DNA of 36,177 bases from Minisyncoccota bacterium (GCA_017992215.1 JAGOOZ010000002.1:1-36177), one strand, 5' to 3'; shown: positions 26,055 to 34,095, numbered from the stretch's first letter. Notes: a model not told the origin generated them from the sequence alone. Made by a program: numbers and translations.

Positions 26055-27347
26055 ATGATTATAAGAACCTATATTAAAGACATTCCTGAATATTCAGGGA
26101 AAGAGGCTACTATCGTAGGCTTTGCTCACACTATTCGTGCGCAGAGTAAAATTGCATTCCTTATCGTTCGCGATGTGACTGGCATCTTACAGACAGTCGT
26201 TACCGCTGAACAGGTCGAGGCTTTTCAAATTGCTAAGGAACTTAGCACAGAATCAGTATTGAAGGTTACAGGTCTCGTGAAAGAGGCAGCGCAGGCACCT
26301 AGTGGTTATGAAATAGAAGTTAGTACAATTGAAGTACTTTCATCTGCCGATGCGCAGCTACCGATACCAATTCTTGAAAAGAAAGGCGGAGAAGAAACTG
26401 AAGCGCCTATACGTTTCGACTATCGTTGGATTGATCTTCGCAAGCCCGATCATCTAAAGATTTTCAAAGTATGGACGGAACTTGAAAAAGGCTTCCGTGA
26501 CTACTGGGATAAAAATGATTTTATTCAAATCTATACACCTTCATTTATGTCAACGCCAAGCGAAACTGGCGCTGAGGTATTTGAAGTAAACTACTTTGAC
26601 CGCAAAGCATATCTTGCACAATCACCGCAATTCTATAAGCAAATGGCTATTGCAAGTGGTTTTGAAAAAGTGTTTATGACAGGCCCCGTATTCCGCGCAG
26701 AGCTTTCATTTACTACTCGACACCTTACCGAATTTACTGGTTGGGATTTTGAAATGGCGTACATTGAATCTCATCAAGACATCATTGTTGCCGAGGAAAA
26801 CATGATTGTTTCCGGATTTACTAGATTAAAGGAAAAGTTCCCAGAGCTTCGTCTAGAAATCCCTAGTATGCCTTTTCCGCAGATCACTATGGTTGAAGCA
26901 AAAAGGATACTTGCAGAGCGTGGCGTGGCAAGCGGAGAAGAACACGATCTCTCTCCAGAAGAAGAACGGGCTATCAGTGAATATGTGCGAGAAAAACACA
27001 ACCACGACTTCGTATTCATTACTGAATACCATGTATCAAAAAGTGCCTTTTACCATATGCGCAACGAGGAGGGTCGTGGCAAGCGCGCAGACCTTTTGTT
27101 TAAAGGAATCGAAGTAACAACACTCGCTCAACGCGAACATCGCATTGAGATTCTTGAAAAACAAGCAAAGGAAAAAGGGATGTCATTTGAAGAACTGAAA
27201 GATTATCTCAACTTTTTCCGCTGGGGATGCCCTCCACATGGAGGTGCAGGTATTGGCCCTGGACGATTCATTATGAAAATCCTCGACCTGCCAAACGTTC
27301 GCGAGGCGACTTATCTTCCAAGAGATGTTAAGCGATTAAATCCATAA
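26055..27347 (+). CDS. aspS: aspartyl-tRNA synthetase, archaeal/eukaryotic-type (class IIb, about 430 aa)
   Basis: N-terminal OB anticodon-binding domain, AYLAQSPQFYKQ, motif 2 FRAE..T.RHL.EF, QREHR, and C-terminus GCPPHGGAGIGPGRFIMKILDLPNVREATYLPRDVKRLNP, which matches the archaeal-type AspRS ending (FPRD..RL.P). Confidence 0.92.
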   Translation: MIIRTYIKDIPEYSGKEATIVGFAHTIRAQSKIAFLIVRDVTGILQTVVTAEQVEAFQIAKELSTESVLKVTGLVKEAAQAPSGYEIEVSTIEVLSSADAQLPIPILEKKGGEETEAPIRFDYRWIDLRKPDHLKIFKVWTELEKGFRDYWDKNDFIQIYTPSFMSTPSETGAEVFEVNYFDRKAYLAQSPQFYKQMAIASGFEKVFMTGPVFRAELSFTTRHLTEFTGWDFEMAYIESHQDIIVAEENMIVSGFTRLKEKFPELRLEIPSMPFPQITMVEAKRILAERGVASGEEHDLSPEEERAISEYVREKHNHDFVFITEYHVSKSAFYHMRNEEGRGKRADLLFKGIEVTTLAQREHRIEILEKQAKEKGMSFEELKDYLNFFRWGCPPHGGAGIGPGRFIMKILDLPNVREATYLPRDVKRLNP

Positions 27348-27357
27348 TAGTAAAAAT

Positions 27358-27382
27358 GTTACAGCAATCTGTAACCTTTTTA
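27358..27382 (+). terminator. intrinsic terminator after aspS
   Basis: GTTACAG, loop CAAT, CTGTAAC, then CTTTTTA. Confidence 0.75.
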
Positions 27383-27392
27383 CTTAAACCTG

Positions 27393-27442
27393 TGTCACTT
27401 TTGTCACTTTTTGTCGCTCGACAAGGTTCATTTAGGTATAAT
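27393..27442 (+). promoter_or_regulatory. phased TGTC(A/G)C triple repeat upstream of a consensus TATAAT
   Basis: TGTCAC 27393-27398, TGTCAC 27402-27407, TGTCGC 27412-27417 (9-10 bp phasing), then TATAAT at 27437-27442. No ORF follows. Confidence 0.35.
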
Positions 27443-27512
27443 GAAAATGCATGAAAAAGCCTTGTGGAGTAAGGAACCCCACGGTCGCACCACGACTAGG
27501 CTCACCCGTTAG

Positions 27513-27548
27513 AAAAAGAGCTGTCTTTGATAGACAGCCTTTTTCTTT
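27513..27548. terminator. bidirectional terminator-like hairpin inside the structured region
   Basis: AAAAAGA-GCTGTCT, loop TTGAT, AGACAGC-CTTTTTCTTT. Confidence 0.6.
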
Positions 27549-27752
27549 GGGTGATCCCGAAGAAGACATCTGCATGTCTTCTGTGCAGGAATCGAAAACC
27601 TTTTCCGTGTGAGTGTACTCACGAACGGAAAAGGTGTACTGATCCTGTGATTGAGTACAATCACCTACTGGGTAAGGGTCGATATGCGTACTCGCGGTCC
27701 TACCGTTGGTGTTGTTTTGATTACAAAACCACCAATCACGCGCCGTTGGCGA

Positions 27753-27769
27753 GATTACCCTGCCGGGAT
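27753..27769 (+). repeat. imperfect direct copy of the tRNA-Arg 3' end
   Basis: GATTACCCTGCCGGGAT compared with tRNA-Arg GATTCCTGCCGGGAT (24364-24378). There is an 11-nt exact core CCTGCCGGGAT plus GATT with a 2-nt insertion. Confidence 0.45.
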
Positions 27770-27774
27770 TTAAT

Positions 27775-28341
27775 TTACTTTAACACCTCCTCCAGTAACT
27801 TCGGAAATTCTTCTGTTCCCATATCTTCAAAACAGAAATGTCCCATGTTTTGAAATTCTCTAACTTCTATATTTTTTATTTTCTCTGTAAGTATCTTTAC
27901 GCTTTTCTGTACTTCCTCCATGTCATCATCTGAATTAAAAATAGTGACACCCTTTGTTTTTGAAACTAAATTTTCATCTGGTGTAAAATCAAACATTCCC
28001 GTTTCGAGTATTTTGTCAGGATCAATCCATGGAGCGACAAGCACAACCTTGCCAACATGTATATTATTTTCACTTAGATATCGAACAATAAAACCAGCAC
28101 CGCATGAGTGCCCAATGAGAGTCGTCTCTTCAGTGAGAGGGAATCGTTCAAATACTTCTTTCCATGCATTGTATTCTGGGTTGTACGGTACAGGCATATG
28201 AGGGTTCTCTGCTTGGAATCCTCTTTGTTCGAGTTGTTTTTTTATCCACGGAAGAAAGTGTGATTCTAGTGACCGCACTGGACCAAGGGTAAGATATTCA
28301 TCTTTCTCTGGCATTCCGTGAATAATGATTGCTGTTTTCAT
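27775..28341 (-). CDS. alpha/beta serine hydrolase (YdeN/RBBP9-like)
   Basis: 188 aa starting MKTAIIIHG. Nucleophile elbow GHSCG and later VVLVAPW. Size and layout match the small serine hydrolase family. Confidence 0.8.
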   Translation of the reverse strand: MKTAIIIHGMPEKDEYLTLGPVRSLESHFLPWIKKQLEQRGFQAENPHMPVPYNPEYNAWKEVFERFPLTEETTLIGHSCGAGFIVRYLSENNIHVGKVVLVAPWIDPDKILETGMFDFTPDENLVSKTKGVTIFNSDDDMEEVQKSVKILTEKIKNIEVREFQNMGHFCFEDMGTEEFPKLLEEVLK

Positions 28342-28353
28342 TGTGATGATAGA

Positions 28354-28827
28354 CTAGAGACCAATTTTTTCCATGAATACCATTGATGGTGATTCATCGA
28401 GTTCTTCTTCGAGGGGTACAACCTTCAGGAGATTTTCATTTACCTGTGCGACAAGTTCATTTGGGAGTCTGAGTGTATACACAGGGAGAAACTTTTTATC
28501 AATATGCACAATGAGCTTGGCCCCTGTGTTGTCTTTTTTGATTTTGAATCCTAGTACCTTTTTCCATCCATATGATTCGGTGCCCATAGTGAATCCATTT
28601 GTTTCTATTGTGATAGATATATTCTGTGGGGGACGAGCAGAGAAAAGCATGAGTGAGCCACCAGCAACAAGAATAAAAAGTCCAAACATATAATTTCCCG
28701 TGAAAAGCGCAATACCAAATGCGAGAAAGATTGCAATGCCGACACCCCAAAACCAATCAACACTACGGTCTTTATGGTCGTATTCAGGGATGCTCCATGT
28801 AATTGTATCGAGACGTATTTCTTCCAT
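28354..28827 (-). CDS. membrane protein, two TM helices plus a small soluble domain, unknown function
   Basis: Start moved to MEEIRLD (ATG 28825-28827). The longer track ORF would run through the terminator at 28859-28888 and into the upstream gene. Confidence 0.55.
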   Translation of the reverse strand: MEEIRLDTITWSIPEYDHKDRSVDWFWGVGIAIFLAFGIALFTGNYMFGLFILVAGGSLMLFSARPPQNISITIETNGFTMGTESYGWKKVLGFKIKKDNTGAKLIVHIDKKFLPVYTLRLPNELVAQVNENLLKVVPLEEELDESPSMVFMEKIGL

Positions 28828-28858
28828 ATGAGTAAGTATACCATCCAAGGGTGAAAAT

Positions 28859-28888
28859 AAAACACCCTGACCGAAGTCAGGGTGTTTT
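28859..28888. terminator. bidirectional intrinsic terminator
   Basis: AAAACACCCTGAC, loop CGAA, GTCAGGGTGTTTT. Confidence 0.75.
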
Positions 28889-28900
28889 ATGAAATATATT

Positions 28901-29689
28901 TTATTTCTTGAGTGCTGCTTGGAGATCAAGACGAGCCTGTGTTGTTGTATTTTTGAATGCTTGTTCTGCTGCTTTGATAGCTTCATCACGAGCTTTCTTT
29001 AATTCAAGAACAGCAGGATTCTTTTCGTTGTTCTTTCGTGCATCTTGAATCATCTTGCGTGCATTGTTGATAGTCTTACTAAATGTTGCTTGAGCATTTT
29101 TACCTGAAACACCCTTTGCACAGTCAGCTTTTGCTTTTGCAAGTGCTTGTTCTACTGATGTCTTAAATGTTGTTATTGCTGTTGTGACAGATGCAGTATG
29201 TCCACTGAGGATACTCGTAACACCAGTCTGGTATGTTGTAACTGCTGTATCAACAGCAATTCTACGTGTTTCAAGTGCCTGCTCTACTGTTGTCTTGTAT
29301 GTAGCAAGGGCAGCTTTTTGTTCATCATTTTTTACTTGTGCTTCCATTTTGCCCCAGTTCGCAACTCGTTTACTGTCTGACTTGAAACGAGCCTCGGCCT
29401 TTTTGGCGTTTACTTGTGATTCTCTTTGTGCGAGATTCTCGCTCTTTTTACTAAGTGCGTCTGCGTTTTTTGTTTCGATGTCTTTGATTTGTTCTGTAAA
29501 TTTCTTTGATGCATCATTGATTCGAGCACAAAAATTTGCGGATGAAGTAGCTGTTCCTTTTGATTGCGTTGTTGATGCAGAACGCACGGTTGATGTTACT
29601 TTTGTGTCTTCTGCAAATGCCATCATTGGAAGAAGAGAGAATGCAACAAGAGTAGTCGCGCCTATTTTTTTGAGATTAAAATATTTCAT
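28901..29689 (-). CDS. secreted alpha-helical (coiled-coil-like) hypothetical protein
   Basis: Signal peptide MKYFNLKKIGATTLVAFSLLPMMAFA. A/K/T/E-rich with internal repeats (TAVTTYQTGV / TAITTFKTSV). Confidence 0.6.
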   Translation of the reverse strand: MKYFNLKKIGATTLVAFSLLPMMAFAEDTKVTSTVRSASTTQSKGTATSSANFCARINDASKKFTEQIKDIETKNADALSKKSENLAQRESQVNAKKAEARFKSDSKRVANWGKMEAQVKNDEQKAALATYKTTVEQALETRRIAVDTAVTTYQTGVTSILSGHTASVTTAITTFKTSVEQALAKAKADCAKGVSGKNAQATFSKTINNARKMIQDARKNNEKNPAVLELKKARDEAIKAAEQAFKNTTTQARLDLQAALKK

Positions 29690-29903
29690 TGTTTTCTATG
29701 ATTAGCGTCTCCATGTCTGGATAGTCTAATTCGTTTACTTGTAATTCGTCTTCGAGAATACCTTCGTCTTCTATTGTCTCATTTTGAACTGCGAGATCCA
29801 TAATCGTTTCACCTGCTGGTGTGCGATCAGAAAAAGAGAAATATGCGATGAAAGCAATAACCAAAAGAACAAGAATTATTACTGTACGATTTTTTTCCCA
29901 CAT
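29676..29903 (-). CDS. small membrane-anchored acidic protein (75 aa)
   Basis: MWEKNRTVIILVLLVIAFIAYF TM anchor, then an acidic tail. Overlaps the downstream gene start by 14 nt (operon-like). Start moved to the ATG at 29901-29903. Confidence 0.45.
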   Translation of the reverse strand: MWEKNRTVIILVLLVIAFIAYFSFSDRTPAGETIMDLAVQNETIEDEGILEDELQVNELDYPDMETLIIENNEIF

Positions 29904-30006
29904 AGTAATAGTTTGGTATATTGTTTGATAAATAATTGTCGACTCACATATACAAGTATACCTTAAATTAACCTTCCGTGATAGCACTCCTAGCTTGGTG
30001 TATACT

Positions 30007-31020
30007 ATGGATATGAATAAAATATACAAATTTCTTACACTTTCTCTTTTTGCTTGTATGCCATTTTTAACACATGCACACGTGGCGTATGTTGTTTCTC
30101 CTAGTGAATTATCAGAAAACCTCGGACCCGATACAAGCTATCTCATGGGAGTTTTTTCTGAACCATCAAATCTCTTGCTCATGGTGGGGACCGTCATTGG
30201 TATTCTTCTTGTGGTACTCATTTCTAAGAAGAGTAAACGAATTACGCATTTTTTTTCTGGTGTGTCAGAAAAACTCACTTCGTATCATGAATTTATTCCG
30301 TGGATTATTCGTCTCTCACTCGGGATTTTACTTATCGGAGCGGGGACAGAGGGGGCTCTCATTTCTCCTATTATTTCAAATGCATGGGGGTACTCAATGA
30401 TACAGATTGCGCTTGGTTTTGCGTTTTTACTTGGATTCTTGCTCGTACCATCAGCACTTGTCACTATTGGTTTGTATATTGTCGGGCTCACACAGGATAT
30501 CTATCTCATTGGGAATATCGATGTGCTCGCACTTGCGCTCGGACTCCTTGTTTTCCATAGTGCACGTCCAGGGGTTGATGATATTTTAGGGATTTCACTG
30601 TTACGATTTTTGAAAATAGAACGGCATTATCTCGCACTCCTCGTACGTGTGCTTGTCGGTGTTGGGTTCGCGTATTTGGCCTTGTATGAAAAATTATTGA
30701 ACCCACACATTTCTGAAGTTGTGGTGATGAATTATGGCTTAGCGTCTCTGATTCCTGTGTCTCCAGAAATGTGGGTATTTTCTGTCGGAATTATTGAGCT
30801 TATTCTTGGTATCTTTATTTTTATTGGATTCTATACTCGTACATCTGCGTGTGTGGCTATCGTCGTGCTCTCGACAACATTTTTCTTTTTCAAAGAATCA
30901 GTGTATTCACACGTAACACTTTTTGGAATTCTTTCGATTATTGCAATCGAAGGTGGAGGAATGTTTAGTATTGATAGGTTTTTTGAAAATCGGAAAAACG
31001 TAATTCAACAAAATTCTTAA
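30007..31020 (+). CDS. polytopic membrane protein, possibly DoxX-like C-terminal half
   Basis: N-terminal signal-like helix, then about 8 hydrophobic helices. The family call is weak. The track start at 29995 is a TTG; I prefer the ATG at 30007 (or 30013). Confidence 0.55.
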   Translation: MDMNKIYKFLTLSLFACMPFLTHAHVAYVVSPSELSENLGPDTSYLMGVFSEPSNLLLMVGTVIGILLVVLISKKSKRITHFFSGVSEKLTSYHEFIPWIIRLSLGILLIGAGTEGALISPIISNAWGYSMIQIALGFAFLLGFLLVPSALVTIGLYIVGLTQDIYLIGNIDVLALALGLLVFHSARPGVDDILGISLLRFLKIERHYLALLVRVLVGVGFAYLALYEKLLNPHISEVVVMNYGLASLIPVSPEMWVFSVGIIELILGIFIFIGFYTRTSACVAIVVLSTTFFFFKESVYSHVTLFGILSIIAIEGGGMFSIDRFFENRKNVIQQNS

Positions 31021-31021
31021 C

Positions 31022-32167
31022 CTATTTTTTCGCAAGTGTTGCGTCGTAGACTGCACTTGATACATCTGTATCAAACATGCTCGGAATGATATTTTCTGGG
31101 GTTGGATTTTTCACAACACGAGCGAGTGATTCAGCAACGCGTACAAAAATCTCATTATTAAATTGAGGAATATTGTGATCAAGCATTGCTTTGAAAAGGT
31201 GAGGGAAGACGAGTGAGTTGTTTATTTGATTTGGGAAATCAGAACGTCCTGTCGCCATGACAAATACTCCCGCATCCTTTGCCTCAGAGGGGAGTATTTC
31301 TGGTGTTGGGTTTGCAAGGGCGAAAATAATTGGACGCTCTGCCATCGTGTGAATCATTTCTTTGGTGAGAACGCCTGGCTTTGAAAGTCCGATAAATACA
31401 TGTGCATCGCGGAGTGCTTCACCCAATCCACCCGTACGTTCTTCTATGGTACTTCCTGCGAGGAGCTCTTTCTTTTCTTTTGTGAGGTCTGTGCGTCCAC
31501 TGTGAATGATTCCTTTACTGTCACAGAAAATAGTTTGTGTAATTCCGTATGTGTGAAGTAGGCGACCCGTCGCAACCCCTGCTGCTCCGACACCTGAGAG
31601 TACAACAATAGCTTCTTCCTTTGTGAGTGCGCGGAGTGAGAGTGCATTTATGAGTGCTGAAAGTGCGACAGTTGCCGCACCCCATTGATCATCGTGCATG
31701 ACGGGAATAGAGAGTTCTTTTCGGAGACGTTCTTCTATTTCAAAACATCGTGGCGCAGAGATATCTTCGAGATTAATTCCTCCAAAGACAGGAGCGATTT
31801 GTTTAACTGCTTTGATTATCTCTTCAGTATCTTTTGTGTCGAGACAGATAGGGAACGCATCAACACCACCGAATTGTTTGAATATCGCTGCCTTTCCTTC
31901 CATAACAGGAATCGCAGCGAGTGGGCCGAGGTCTCCCAATCCGAGGATTGCTGTTCCGTCCGAGACGATAGCGACGGTATTTCTTTTGATTGTGTAGTCA
32001 CGTGCAGTGCTCGGGTCCTGTGCGATTGCTTCACAGACACCTGCAACACCAGGAGTATAGGCAAGCGAGAGGTCGGCGCGGTCGGCGAGGGGGACAGTGC
32101 TTATAATTTCGAGTTTACCGTGGTGTGCCTTATGAAGTTCTTTTGATTGTTCGTAGAGTGGATTCAT
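31022..32167 (-). CDS. NAD(P)-dependent malic enzyme (short MaeB-type)
   Basis: LSLAYTPGVA, VAIVSDGTAILGLGDLG, PVMEGKA.IFK.FGGVDAFPI, GGINLEDI.APRCFEIE and HDDQWG motifs. Start moved to MNPLYEQ (ATG 32165-32167). Confidence 0.92.
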   Translation of the reverse strand: MNPLYEQSKELHKAHHGKLEIISTVPLADRADLSLAYTPGVAGVCEAIAQDPSTARDYTIKRNTVAIVSDGTAILGLGDLGPLAAIPVMEGKAAIFKQFGGVDAFPICLDTKDTEEIIKAVKQIAPVFGGINLEDISAPRCFEIEERLRKELSIPVMHDDQWGAATVALSALINALSLRALTKEEAIVVLSGVGAAGVATGRLLHTYGITQTIFCDSKGIIHSGRTDLTKEKKELLAGSTIEERTGGLGEALRDAHVFIGLSKPGVLTKEMIHTMAERPIIFALANPTPEILPSEAKDAGVFVMATGRSDFPNQINNSLVFPHLFKAMLDHNIPQFNNEIFVRVAESLARVVKNPTPENIIPSMFDTDVSSAVYDATLAKK

Positions 32168-32254
32168 GGGATATATGATATCACGGAGTGTGATAAAAGA
32201 AAGCATCGATATACGTGGTATACTATATATTATACGTAACGTTGATTTTTATCT

Positions 32255-32407
32255 ATGAATAAAGGAACAAATCTAATTATTATCGCAGCTGGTCTCTCTC
32301 TTGTTGCTGCTGTGTATATGTGGTTTATGGGAGACAAGGATGGAGGATTGTTTGTTGGGTTGTGGGTACCGTCACTCCTTGCTCTCGCTACGTATCTAAA
32401 GAAATAG
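32255..32407 (+). CDS. small two-helix membrane protein (50 aa)
   Basis: Hand translation: MNKGTNLIIIAAGLSLVAAVYMWFMGDKDGGLFVGLWVPSLLALATYLKK. Below the ORF-track cut-off. More protein-like than the overlapping listed ORFs 32230..32415(-) and 32320..32523(+). Confidence 0.4.
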   Translation: MNKGTNLIIIAAGLSLVAAVYMWFMGDKDGGLFVGLWVPSLLALATYLKK

Positions 32408-32482
32408 ATGAGCATGCAATTTATTTTTCTTTTTGGTGTTTTTATTTCAGCCCTCGCCTGTATCGGTATCTATACTCGGTAA
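32408..32482 (+). CDS. tiny hydrophobic peptide (24 aa), speculative
   Basis: MSMQFIFLFGVFISALACIGIYTR. The ATG abuts the previous stop and the ORF ends 3 nt before the terminator. Confidence 0.25.
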   Translation: MSMQFIFLFGVFISALACIGIYTR

Positions 32483-32484
32483 AT

Positions 32485-32516
32485 AAAAAAGCAGTGAATA
32501 TATTCACTGCTTTTTT
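32485..32516. terminator. bidirectional intrinsic terminator
   Basis: AAAAAAGCAGTGAATA / TATTCACTGCTTTTTT perfect palindrome. Confidence 0.75.
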
Positions 32517-32524
32517 ATTTTAAT

Positions 32525-32977
32525 TTATCCGAGAAGGTATACGACAAGTAAAAATAATCCACCCCACCAGCCAATATCAGAAATGAGGAGACTCATCATT
32601 ATTTTATGTTGCCATGAAGGAGGGAGCAGTTCGGACGCGCCCCCATCCTTTTTGCGCGCGAGGAGAAAAGGACTTACTTCAAACGACAAGAATAATCCGT
32701 TCATTATGAGTACACATGCAATGATTGTGTGGATGAGAGGGATACCCGCAAACGGTTCGTGGCGATACAAGATACTTCCTCCAATGAGAGCAAGTGTGAT
32801 ACCAATCCATATTAACGGCTTTGTAACTTTGTGTGTGCGTGTCGTCGCTTCTGTCCAATAGTTTGATCTGCGTCCGAGGAATCCATGAATATCAATAACA
32901 GTCACTGCGCCAAGTCCAATAACAAAACCCGCGAGGAGTATAAAGAGTCCAATGATATCAATCGAGATGAGTGTCAT
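32525..32977 (-). CDS. membrane protein (4 TM), unknown function
   Basis: 150 aa, hydrophobic throughout. No motif recognised. Confidence 0.6.
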   Translation of the reverse strand: MTLISIDIIGLFILLAGFVIGLGAVTVIDIHGFLGRRSNYWTEATTRTHKVTKPLIWIGITLALIGGSILYRHEPFAGIPLIHTIIACVLIMNGLFLSFEVSPFLLARKKDGGASELLPPSWQHKIMMSLLISDIGWWGGLFLLVVYLLG

Positions 32978-32996
32978 ATATGTATGAATGAGATGA

Positions 32997-33509
32997 TTAT
33001 GCTAGCCCAAGTATTTTTAAAATAACAGGAGCAAGCGGGTCGGCTGATGTGCCGTAGACCATGACCCCTCCGAGAAGTCCCGTGAGAGAGATAGCAACAA
33101 CACCAAGTAGTGCAAGGACGAGGGTGAGTGTTCGATTTGTGAGGAGTTTCTCTATTTTTATCAAAAGTGTAGAGATGCTACCAAGAGGAAGCTTTTTTGA
33201 AAGATACGGATTGAGTATGAAAAGTATTTCTCCTCCAAGTAATAATCCATATATCCATGTAGAAGCGAGTGCAAAGAATGCATGCATTTCTACGAGTGCT
33301 TCCTCGGGGCGGACGAGGTGCTCGGCGAGTTCTCCTGTCGTGTTTGAAAGAAACGCTCCAAGTATACCTGCAAGGAGAAGTACCTGTTGTATGTGTCTCC
33401 ATGAAAGAGAAGGAATGAGACGTTCAAAAGGAAGTATTCGAATGAGTGAATAAAGCAATAGAAACGCAATGGGGAAGTGAACAAATAATGGATGTATATT
33501 GTATGTCAT
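32997..33509 (-). CDS. DUF2231-like membrane protein
   Basis: N-terminus IHPLFVHFPIAFLL is the DUF2231 hallmark. 170 aa, 4-5 TM. Confidence 0.7.
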   Translation of the reverse strand: MTYNIHPLFVHFPIAFLLLYSLIRILPFERLIPSLSWRHIQQVLLLAGILGAFLSNTTGELAEHLVRPEEALVEMHAFFALASTWIYGLLLGGEILFILNPYLSKKLPLGSISTLLIKIEKLLTNRTLTLVLALLGVVAISLTGLLGGVMVYGTSADPLAPVILKILGLA

Positions 33510-33522
33510 ATCTATAAGTATA

Positions 33523-34095
33523 TCACTGTTTCTTTCGTTTGATCGAGTACACCATGAATGAGTTGATGAGTATCATTATAATTGAGTGAAGTGTTGTTGC
33601 GATATTGTATGCTCCGAGCGAGAAGAGTGTGAGTACATGGCGTGCGACATTCATCTCGTAGAGGCGAGGACGTTCTGTTTCTGGGCGAGCCCATGTTTTG
33701 CGAAGTGTTGGTATAAACGCGACGATATCGATACAGACAACAATAATTACAGAAATTGTCGGGTCTTTTGTAATCATCCATGGAATTAATCCGAGGATTG
33801 CGATTGCCAGAAAATAATTATCCATAGCACGAATAGGCCCCGCACTACCCTTGAATAGATATTTGAGAGAAAAAAGAAAAATGAGAATAGTGAACCCTTC
33901 TGCGATTCCTGTGGGGAGAGCGCCGATACCTGCACCTTTTGCAAGCCCTCCAAAGAATGTCGTCATTGAAACAATGGACCACACAAGCCATGTGTAGGGG
34001 TGGGGTTGCACGTCTCCTTTGATGACACTTTTGAGATATGAAATGTTTCCAATGATGGCAAGGATTCCGGCGATAATCGCAAGTGTTTCTTTCAT
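33523..34095 (-). CDS. membrane protein (6-7 TM), unknown function
   Basis: 190 aa, hydrophobic. Weak PQ-loop-like feel only. Confidence 0.6.
   Translation of the reverse strand: MKETLAIIAGILAIIGNISYLKSVIKGDVQPHPYTWLVWSIVSMTTFFGGLAKGAGIGALPTGIAEGFTILIFLFSLKYLFKGSAGPIRAMDNYFLAIAILGLIPWMITKDPTISVIIVVCIDIVAFIPTLRKTWARPETERPRLYEMNVARHVLTLFSLGAYNIATTLHSIIMILINSFMVYSIKRKKQ

Larger units (their letters stand above)
27449..27770. ncRNA. densely structured non-coding region (module copy M, best read on the minus strand); strand and function unresolved
   Basis: Contains no credible ORF. Nested hairpins throughout: 27561-27582, 27598-27635, GTGATTG-AGTA-CAATCAC at 27647-27664, and 27708-27733. Conserved blocks shared with 20522-20600 and 36056-36177. 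Contains tRNA-Arg T-arm-derived 12-mer GCAGGAATCGAA at 27585-27596. Confidence 0.4.

Noticed and set aside
27449-27770. Possibility that the structured region is tmRNA, RNase P RNA, SRP RNA or an ORF-less group II intron
   Set aside because: I could not find GAGGAAAGUCC or ACAGAA..GGCUUA (RNase P). There is no GGGG...UCCACCA tRNA-like end with an intact T-arm (tmRNA). The GGAA/AGCA helix-8 motif (SRP) is absent. There is no GUGYG 5' end with a 34-nt domain V. An Rfam scan is still needed.
27527-27853. 108-aa plus-strand ORF across the structured region
   Set aside because: It is Cys/Arg-rich and starts inside a terminator hairpin. It crosses several long stems and overlaps the hydrolase gene on the other strand. 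The region is better explained as structured non-coding DNA or RNA.
29184-29705. 173-aa plus-strand ORF
   Set aside because: It is antisense to the signal-peptide protein 28901..29689 and has no start context. Its composition mirrors the A/K/T-rich gene on the other strand.
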